From positions 6,175-70,174 of the forward strand of contig JABDNS010000067.1 of NCBI GenBank assembly GCA_013043705.1: a stretch of 64,000 nt of DNA. The letters are read 5' to 3'. Positions 57,062-64,000 of this stretch are shown in pieces. Origin of the DNA: Pseudomonadales bacterium. Its GTDB lineage: Bacteria > Pseudomonadota > Gammaproteobacteria > Pseudomonadales > UBA7434. The notes beneath the pieces were generated by a model that saw only the letters and a list, made by a program, of their open reading frames with translations, did not search any database and was not told the DNA's origin. Positions within the stretch are counted from its first letter, which is position 1, and the number at the start of each line of letters is the position of its first letter. The translations under genes were made by a program, and so were the position numbers.

Positions 57062-57271
57062 CTGTTTCCAGACGAAAAAATCGTCGCAGTATATTTATTA
57101 AGCTGTTGTTTTTACGCGTTATTGCAACTTTGGTATCTATTTTGCTGTTTAATGGTATTACGGTAGTTTTGCCCGGCGGCAATGCGTTTTGCAACGAACA
57201 GCAATTCCTTTCCAGCCAGGCGGTTACCGGTTCGGTGGTTTTTGCACTACCCCGATTCACCGTGTTGGCTG

Positions 57272-58402
57272 ATGTCTCGATTTATGATTTCGCTGTGCCC
57301 GCATTGCAACATTGAACAGATGGTTACCGCCATTGCGCTGCAGGAAAGGCGCGGCGTTGTGACCTGCGTTGGCTGCGCCAGTGATTTCAAGCCGCGCGCG
57401 CACCGTGTAACGCCGGCACGAGAGCGCGCCTTCAAGCAGCGCGAGCGCGAGCAAAGTATTAAGGCGGAAGTGCAAGCGACACCAGTACAAACGTCGGCTG
57501 AAACGTTAGCAGCAAAAAATCTTGCCCCCGCCGATAGTGCTGTTGTTGCAGGTGCGGATGCAGATGCACAGTCACAGGCCAGCGCTGATTTGTCAGCAAC
57601 CGCGCAGCCAACTGAACAGGTCACCCCGGTCGAAAATCCGGTGGCGAAAGCAGGGATAGCGGATGCAGCGAGTGTGGCGGAAGTTTTTTTACAGCGACTT
57701 GCTGCGTCTATTGATGCGCTGGGCGAACGCTTCGGAGAGCGTTTAGCGGGCAGTTTAAGAGATGGAATGCTTCCAACTCCTGGTTCCGAGGCGCCTAGTG
57801 CAACATCACAAACATTATCAAAAGAAGCATTGGCACAAGAATTATCGAAACAGGAACAGGCAATTGCAGCGGAACTTGCACAACAACATTTGAACCATCC
57901 CCGAAGTGAAAGTGAAGAGGGAGAACAAAACATGAAAAATGAAACCGGTGCCGACAATCAAAAAGCGCCTGCAGCAGAGCAATTGAGCAAAGCCAGGCAG
58001 ACAATAGCCCGCCAAAAAATGCTGCTGGATTACCAGAAGCTACGCCATGAAAGTGAAAAGCTTGAAGTTGAGAAGAAAAAGCTGGAGCTGGAGCGCGTAA
58101 AGCTGGAAATCTTGCGCAAGCACAATTTGCTGGAAAATAAAAAGCTCCAGCCTGCCGAAGCGCAAAGCGCGCAGCCCATCAGGGAGTCGAGGCCGGTTGT
58201 GGAATACGACGTGAAAGCCGATATTTTGCCGCGTACACCCACGGCTATTGAGCCCGACCCGCGCATTCAAAAACCGGCAACGTCACCAGCGCGCGCAGAG
58301 GCCAGGCCTGCAAAAAAAGCCGTGCATCTTGAACTTATGCCTAGCGAGCCGAAATCGATGTTTCGACGCAATATCGGCACCAAAGCTAACAAGCTCAAAT
58401 AA
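57272..58402 (+). CDS. Zinc-ribbon (CxxC...CxxC) protein with acidic Ala/Gln-rich middle, coiled coil and basic tail; function unknown
   Basis: The ATG at 57272 (or 57284) gives MSRFMISLCPHCNIEQ...VTCVGCASDFKP. The coiled coil is KLEVEKKKLELERVKLEILRKHNLLENKKL. No TM segment is seen. Confidence 0.55.
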   Translation: MSRFMISLCPHCNIEQMVTAIALQERRGVVTCVGCASDFKPRAHRVTPARERAFKQREREQSIKAEVQATPVQTSAETLAAKNLAPADSAVVAGADADAQSQASADLSATAQPTEQVTPVENPVAKAGIADAASVAEVFLQRLAASIDALGERFGERLAGSLRDGMLPTPGSEAPSATSQTLSKEALAQELSKQEQAIAAELAQQHLNHPRSESEEGEQNMKNETGADNQKAPAAEQLSKARQTIARQKMLLDYQKLRHESEKLEVEKKKLELERVKLEILRKHNLLENKKLQPAEAQSAQPIRESRPVVEYDVKADILPRTPTAIEPDPRIQKPATSPARAEARPAKKAVHLELMPSEPKSMFRRNIGTKANKLK

Positions 58403-58433
58403 GTTCCGCGAATAGCGCCAGCTTGTAATAGAT

Positions 58434-58460
58434 AAAAAGGCCGCGATGCGCGGCCTTTTT
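58434..58460. terminator. Bidirectional Rho-independent terminator between the zinc-ribbon gene (+) and argA (-)
   Basis: AAAAA-GGCCGCG-ATG-CGCGGCC-TTTTT: a 7-bp GC stem with A-run and T-run flanks. It overlaps the argA stop codon. Confidence 0.8.
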
Positions 58461-59826
58461 AGTTCCCGCTAATTTTTTTGAACAATACTTTAGACTGGCG
58501 CTGGTAGTTGTACAGCGCCTGTTTTTGTTCGGGCAATTCGGATAAATCACCTTCGCGAAAACCGCGCTCGATAAACCAGTGTGAAGTTTGTGTGGTTAAC
58601 ACGAATAAGGTGTCAATTTTTGCGCGTTTTGCCCTGGCTTCGATAATCGCAAGTAGCTCGCTCGCACGTGCGGCGTTGCGGTAATCAGGGTGCGTGGTAA
58701 TGCAGGCAATCTCACCAATGCTTACATCTTTTTCGCCAGCCTTGGCGAACGGGTAGAGCGCCGCTACGGCCACCAGCATGCCCTCGCGCTCCATCACAGT
58801 GAAGTGATGCAGCTCGGCGGCGAGTTGATCGCGGTTGCGTTCCACCAGCACGCCGGCCTTTTCCAGCGGCGCAATCATCTCGATGATTGCTGGCAAATCT
58901 TCGGCGCTAGCCTCGCGTGTAGTTTCGAACTTTTTGCGACTGAGTAAAGTGCCCGCGCCATCAACGGTAAATAGTTCCTGTAGCAGCGCCCCATCTTCTT
59001 CGTGGCGCAGCAAATGCGCGCGTGATACGCCGGTGCGCACGGCTTTTACCGCAGCACTTAGCCACGCCACTTTGGGGTTGGCGTTTTCGGCTAATGCTTC
59101 GGCGCTGTCCAGCGATAGTTCGCGTGGCGCTTGGCCAGATTGTTGCGCCAACGCGCTCGCATCGCACATCACGATAATTTTGTCGGCGTTCAAGGCCACC
59201 GCAACCTCGCAGGCCACGTCACTACAGGTCAGGCTGAATGCATCGCCGCCAGGCGAATAGCCCATTGGCGAGAGCAGCACCAGGTTGCCCATGTCCAGCA
59301 GCCGGTTGATAGCGGTGGTGTCGACCTTGCGCACCAGGCCAGCATGCTGCAGGTCGGTGCCATCGATAACACCTGCAGGTTTGGCGGTAATCACGTTGCT
59401 GCTGGCAACGCGCACAGCATCTCCATGTATCGGCGAGTTGGCCAGCCCCTTGGCAAGCAAGATTTCAAGGCGCGCACGCACCAGGCTGCAGGATTCGATA
59501 ACCTGTTGTAGAGTTTCACTATCGGTAACACGCATGGCGTTTACAAACGTCGACACGGTTCCCTGTTGCGCAAGTTTGGCGTCTAACTGCGTGCGAATAC
59601 CATGCACTAGCACTACGCGCACGCCAAGACTATTGAGCAGCGCGATGTCGTGCACGATGTTGCCCAGGTTAGCGCCGTCGATGGCATCGCTGCCAAGCAT
59701 AATCACAAAGGTTTTGTGGCGGTGCTGTATAACGTAGGGCGCCGCTTCGCGTAGCCAGCGAACCAGCTTGTGTTGTGTGCCCTGTTCGTCGGGCAGCTGG
59801 TTGGTAAACTTGTGCTCGTTGCTCAT
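58459..59826 (-). CDS. argA: Amino-acid N-acetyltransferase (N-acetylglutamate synthase)
   Basis: [29 protein letters not shown] (compare E. coli [25 protein letters not shown]). Amino-acid-kinase-fold domain plus a C-terminal GNAT domain. Confidence 0.9.
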   Translation of the reverse strand: [455 protein letters not shown]

Positions 59827-59842
59827 ATCAATTTTTACAGGC

Positions 59843-60985
59843 TTACTTCAGGCAATACTGCGCGACCAGGTCGGCCACCAGCTGTACTGCGGGTTCAATT
59901 TGTTGCTGTTCAATATATTCGTTTGGCTGGTGTGCGCAATCTATTGAGCCGGGGCCGAGTACGACCGTTTCAAGCCCCAGTGATTGCAGCATCGGCGCCT
60001 CGGTGGCGAAGTTGGCGCTGCCGGCAGTGTAGCCCGTTAGCCGTTCAACGGTTTTAATCAATGCGTGATCACGCGGTTCTTCGAAGGCTTCAACGCCGTC
60101 GAATAGCGAAACAAAATCGGCTTGAATATCCATCCCATGTAACGCCGAATTGACCACCTGCTTGAGCTCGCTGCGCACGCCTTCGCTCTGCATACCGGGC
60201 AGCAGGCGAACATCGAAGCCAAGTTCGCAGTGCTGGCAAATCCTGTTCGGTGCATCACCGCCATGAATACTAGCCAGGTTCAGTGTGGGCACGGCAACTT
60301 CAAATGCAGGATTTTGGTAGCGCTGGCCCCACTGCTGGCGCAAAGCCATTAACTCGCCAATTACTTTGTGCATGGCATCCAACGCGCTGCGGCCGCGCGC
60401 CGGGTTGGAAGAGTGACCCGATTGGCCGTGCAGGCGGATCGATTCCATCATTACACCTTTGTGCATGCGAACCGGCTGTAAATTGGTTGGCTCGCCAATC
60501 ACGGCATAACGGGCGCGCAGTGTTTTGGCATTCGCGATCGCGCGTGCGCCCGACATGCTCGACTCTTCGTCGGCCGTGGCTAGCACAATCAATGGCTGCG
60601 CGAAATTTTGCAGTGGTAATCGTTGCAGTGCCTCCACCACCACCGCAAAAAAACCTTTCATATCGGTGCAACCCAGGCCGTAGAAGCGATTATCGCGCTC
60701 ATCCACTTTGAATGGATCGCTTTGCCACAGCGCTTCATCACAAGGCACGGTATCGGTGTGGCCGGCCAGCACCAGGCCATGCGGGCCCTCGCCGAGGGTG
60801 GCGACAAGGTTGGCCTTGTTGTCCGGCAGCGGCTGGATATCGATGGCAAAGCCCAGGGGCTCCAGCACGCCGGCCAGCAGCTCGATGACGGGCAGGTTCG
60901 ACATATCCAGTGCGGCATCGGCACTAGAGATAGAAGGCTGGGCGACAATGCGTCCGAGCAGGTCGGTAAAGCTGATTGCGCTCAT
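59843..60985 (-). CDS. argE: Acetylornithine deacetylase
   Basis: Near-colinear match to E. coli ArgE: LAGHTDTVP, YGLGCTDMKGFFA, LATADEESSMSGAR, IGEPTNLQPVRMHKG, GQSGHSSNPARG and LGPGSIDCAHQPNEY. Confidence 0.93.
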   Translation of the reverse strand: MSAISFTDLLGRIVAQPSISSADAALDMSNLPVIELLAGVLEPLGFAIDIQPLPDNKANLVATLGEGPHGLVLAGHTDTVPCDEALWQSDPFKVDERDNRFYGLGCTDMKGFFAVVVEALQRLPLQNFAQPLIVLATADEESSMSGARAIANAKTLRARYAVIGEPTNLQPVRMHKGVMMESIRLHGQSGHSSNPARGRSALDAMHKVIGELMALRQQWGQRYQNPAFEVAVPTLNLASIHGGDAPNRICQHCELGFDVRLLPGMQSEGVRSELKQVVNSALHGMDIQADFVSLFDGVEAFEEPRDHALIKTVERLTGYTAGSANFATEAPMLQSLGLETVVLGPGSIDCAHQPNEYIEQQQIEPAVQLVADLVAQYCLK

Positions 60986-61157
60986 GTTATCCGGATGGGC
61001 CAGGTTGGGAATTCAGGCGGGTTCGCAGGCAGCGTAACAAGTAACGCGAATGCGGTAAACGCGACGAATTTGCGATCTCCAGCGGCGGCATGGCGCCGGC
61101 TGGCTGTACAGGGCGATTGCTGGTTATACAGACAGTTGCACGCCAGCTGGGCTACAC

Positions 61158-63020
61158 TTGATAAACGGTTTACAGACCCCGGACAGGGCGTACATCTTGG
61201 ATAATACAGCAAAGAACTCAGCGAACGCTGCCAGCAAGGCGGCCGCAGTGCGTGGACGCGCGCCTGCGGAGCGACTATTGACCCTGCGCACGCTGCTCGA
61301 TGATCTCCAGCAGGCGGGCTTGTTGAATCCCGAAGATATGCAGCGGCTTACCGCGCAGCGGCGCAGCAAAGCCGAGAGCGAGCAGCACCCGTTAAATTAT
61401 ATTGCGGCCCAGCAGCTCGACAACGCCAGCCAGGCCGGCCACAAGCTTGGTATGCCCAAGCTGCTGCAATGGCTCAGCGATAGTGCAGGCCAGCCGGTTA
61501 TGCATATCGATCCAATGAAAGTCGATGTGCGCGCGGTCACGGCGGTAATGTCCTTTGCCTTTGCCAAGCGCCACCAGATTCTGGCGCTGGAAGTAGACAA
61601 CGATCGCGTTGTGATTGCCAGTGGCCAGCCCTTTGTTTCGGTTTGGGAGCAAGATCTTGAGCACGCGCTGAAAAAGCGCATCGTGCGGGTGGTGGCGGAT
61701 CCGGCCGACATCAGGCGCTATTGCGTAGAGTTCTATTCGTTGGTGAGCTCGGTATCCGGAGCGGTTGGCGGCAAGCACGGCGGCAACGCAATCTCCAATT
61801 TCGAGCAGATGCTGGAGTTGGGCAAGCTCAAGGATCCGGATGCCAACGACCAGCACATCGTTAATATTGTCGACTGGCTGTTGCAGTATGCGTTCGACCA
61901 GCGCGCCAGTGATATCCATATTGAGCCGCGCCGCGAGCAGGGCAATATCCGCTTTCGCATCGATGGCGTGCTTTGCCATATCTATGAATTGCCGCCGGCA
62001 GTAATTAACGCGGTAACCAGTCGACTTAAAATTCTTGCGCGCATGGACCTGGCCGAGAAGCGCAAACCCCAGGACGGTCGCATCAAAACCTTGAGCCCCG
62101 AGGGCAACGAAGTCGAGTTGCGCCTGGCCACGATGCCGACGGCGTTTGGCGAAAAACTGGTAATGCGCATTTTCGACCCGGACGTGTTGCTGCGCAGCTT
62201 TGAGGACCTGGGCCTGGTTGATGACGACTACGCGCGCTGGCAGGACATGACGCATCGACCCAATGGCATCCTGCTGGTAACCGGGCCCACTGGTTCGGGT
62301 AAAACCACCACCTTGTACTCCACACTTAAACAGCTCGCGACCGAGCAGGTTAACGTGTGCACCATCGAAGATCCTATCGAGATGGTTGAGCCTGCTTTCA
62401 ACCAGATGCAGGTGCAGAAAAAGATTGACCTGGATTTTGCCAGCGGCGTGCGCTCACTGATGCGGCAGGACCCCGACATTATTATGGTGGGCGAGATTCG
62501 CGACAGTGAAACTGCCGAGATGGCGGTGCAAGCTGCGTTAACCGGGCACCTGGTTATCTCCACGGTGCATACCAACGATGCGCCCAGCGCGGTATCGCGC
62601 ATGCTGGAACTGGGTGTTCCCTCCTACCTGATTCGCGCCACGGTGATTGGCATTATGGCGCAACGCCTGGTGCGAACGCTGTGCGAACACTGCAAGCAGC
62701 CAACAACGGTAGAGGCCGATGTATGGCATGAGCTGACCCAGCCGTGGGAAGTGGACAAACCTGGCAAAGTGTTTCGCGCTGAAGGTTGCCTCGAGTGTCG
62801 CAACAGTGGCTTTTATGGCCGGCAGGGCATTTACGAGATTTTGCCGCTGTCCCGCGATTTGAACAAACTGGTACGCGATGATTTTGACCTGGATGCGCTG
62901 CGCCAGCGCGGTATGCGTGAAGGTATGCGCACGCTGCGCCTGGCCGGCGCGCAAAAGATAGCGGCCGGTTACACCACGCCGGAAGAAGTTTTAAGGGTTA
63001 CCCCCGCTTCGGAAAAATAG
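61158..63020 (+). CDS. GspE/PilB-family secretion/pilus ATPase, orphan (no partner genes in window)
   Basis: T2SSE N-terminal domain, Walker A GPTGSGKTTTLY, Asp/Walker B region DPDIIMVGEIRD, His box GHLVISTVHTNDA, and tetracysteine CEHC...CLEC. The start is ambiguous: TTG at 61158, or GTG at 61248 preceded by AAGG. Confidence 0.85.
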   Translation: MINGLQTPDRAYILDNTAKNSANAASKAAAVRGRAPAERLLTLRTLLDDLQQAGLLNPEDMQRLTAQRRSKAESEQHPLNYIAAQQLDNASQAGHKLGMPKLLQWLSDSAGQPVMHIDPMKVDVRAVTAVMSFAFAKRHQILALEVDNDRVVIASGQPFVSVWEQDLEHALKKRIVRVVADPADIRRYCVEFYSLVSSVSGAVGGKHGGNAISNFEQMLELGKLKDPDANDQHIVNIVDWLLQYAFDQRASDIHIEPRREQGNIRFRIDGVLCHIYELPPAVINAVTSRLKILARMDLAEKRKPQDGRIKTLSPEGNEVELRLATMPTAFGEKLVMRIFDPDVLLRSFEDLGLVDDDYARWQDMTHRPNGILLVTGPTGSGKTTTLYSTLKQLATEQVNVCTIEDPIEMVEPAFNQMQVQKKIDLDFASGVRSLMRQDPDIIMVGEIRDSETAEMAVQAALTGHLVISTVHTNDAPSAVSRMLELGVPSYLIRATVIGIMAQRLVRTLCEHCKQPTTVEADVWHELTQPWEVDKPGKVFRAEGCLECRNSGFYGRQGIYEILPLSRDLNKLVRDDFDLDALRQRGMREGMRTLRLAGAQKIAAGYTTPEEVLRVTPASEK

Positions 63021-63038
63021 TCGCGCCGGGGTTAAAAA

Positions 63039-64000
63039 CTAAATCGGCGTTAACCAGCCGTGGTTGTCTTCGCCAATTCCCCACTGGATATCGTTCAAAG
63101 CCTGCCGCAGTTTCAGTGTGGTTGGCCCGACCTCACCACTGCCCACCTGGATTTCTTCGCCGTTGCGAATTAGCGTACCCACGGGGGTGAGCACCGCGGC
63201 AGTGCCCGACAGTGCGGCTTCGCAGTCAGGGTTGGCAACGCGGTCGACCAGTTCATCAACCGACAGCGCACGCTCGGATACCGTCATACCCATTTCTGCT
63301 GCCAACGTAAGCAATGAATCGCGCGTAACGCCGTGCAGGAAGCTAGGGTCGAGGTTTTTGGTGACGATCTCGTTGCCGTCGATCAGCAAAAAGTTAGCCG
63401 CGCCGGTTTCCTGCACATCGCCACCCGGGCAAAATAGAATCTGGTCGGCTTGCCAGGTTTTTTTGGCCTGTAAAATAGGGCCCAGCGCGCTGGCGTAGTT
63501 GCCACCACTTTTAATCATGCCCATATGCGGCGCGCAGCGCATGCCTTGCTCTTCAACCAGCAAGCGCAGCGGCCTATCGCCACCGCTGAAATAATTACCC
63601 ACTGGTGATAGCAGGATGTACAGCACCGAGGTTTCCGATGGGCTGGCCGCGGCACCGATCTGCGCATCGGTGCCGATATGCGTGGGTCGTACGTACATTG
63701 AACCCGGTGGCTCGGGTGTTTGATCGGCGAACTTGCGCACCGCGCTGATAATCATTTGTTCTACCAGCGCGACATCGATGGGCGGTAGCGACAACAACTC
63801 GCTGCTATTGGTAAGGCGCGCGAGGTTGCGATCCATGCGGAACAGCTTGATCGAGCCATCGTTGTGCTTAAAGGCTTTAAGGCCTTCAAAAACCGAACTG
63901 GAGTAGTGCAGGCCATGTGCGCCGGCGTGGAAGCTCAGCGAATCGCTGGGCACAAAGCTGCTCTCGCTCCAGCGCTCGCCATCGAAGCGCGCGAGTGTCA
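63039..64000 (-). CDS. ilvE: Branched-chain amino acid aminotransferase (class IV PLP enzyme); 5' end outside the window
   Basis: YSSSVFEGLKAF, GNYASAL and GAANFLLIDGNEIVT motifs. The reverse-strand frame stays open from 63953 to the window end (…TLARFDGERWSESSFVPSDSLSFHAG…), so the listed start is not the true start. Confidence 0.8.
   Translation of the reverse strand, partial: TLARFDGERWSESSFVPSDSLSFHAGAHGLHYSSSVFEGLKAFKHNDGSIKLFRMDRNLARLTNSSELLSLPPIDVALVEQMIISAVRKFADQTPEPPGSMYVRPTHIGTDAQIGAAASPSETSVLYILLSPVGNYFSGGDRPLRLLVEEQGMRCAPHMGMIKSGGNYASALGPILQAKKTWQADQILFCPGGDVQETGAANFLLIDGNEIVTKNLDPSFLHGVTRDSLLTLAAEMGMTVSERALSVDELVDRVANPDCEAALSGTAAVLTPVGTLIRNGEEIQVGSGEVGPTTLKLRQALNDIQWGIGEDNHGWLTPI

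Noticed and set aside
61392-62255. 287-aa ORF antisense to the GspE-family ATPase gene.
   Set aside because: It is a typical shadow ORF opposite a strongly codon-biased gene. The translation is Arg/Ala/His/Leu-rich with no motif, and the sense strand has unambiguous ATPase motifs.
1-64000. Search by eye for tRNA/rRNA genes, IS elements, integrases, phage genes, and restriction-modification or other defence cassettes.
   Set aside because: None found. All intergenic gaps of 130 bp or more were read, and none shows cloverleaf-type structure, terminal inverted repeats with a transposase, or att-like duplications. A covariance-model scan (tRNAscan-SE, Infernal/Rfam) would be needed to be certain.

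Overview
This window looks like a chromosomal, mostly core-genome segment of a gammaproteobacterium. All calls come from reading the sequence and ORF translations by eye; no searches were run. The gene order matches what I recall for Pseudomonas: parC-serB-fimX, dsbD-aroQ-accB-accC-prmA-DUF3426-dusB-fis-purH-purD-retS, rsd/algQ next to a dsbB-type gene, and argA-argE followed by an orphan secretion ATPase. Unlike Pseudomonas, it carries EpmA/EpmB for EF-P, so I infer a Cellvibrionales or Oceanospirillales-like relative. I call 57 protein-coding genes, two of them cut by the window edges. I also call three clear Rho-independent terminators, one long rho leader and one tandem/inverted intergenic repeat element. 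I saw no rRNA, tRNA, CRISPR array, transposase, integrase or phage genes, and no recognisable defence or toxin-antitoxin cassette. I cannot point to a convincing complete novel multi-gene system. The best candidates for a second look are as follows. (1) A stand-alone lipoprotein version of the DsbD alpha domain sits at the usual dsbD locus, paired divergently with a PCuAC copper chaperone. (2) A RetS-like hybrid sensor lacks a periplasmic domain and has a degenerate ATP-binding domain. (3) A Yip1-type membrane protein has four copies of an amphipathic repeat in a long acidic tail and lies next to a YpfJ-type metallopeptidase. (4) A LemA / long M48 peptidase / zinc-ribbon coiled-coil gene trio. 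(5) A 70-bp tandem repeat with nested hairpins lies between convergent genes. (6) An in-frame, coding-looking, Cys-rich 69-codon open frame follows the epmB stop codon directly. (7) An orphan GspE-family ATPase. Interest scores are deliberately moderate.
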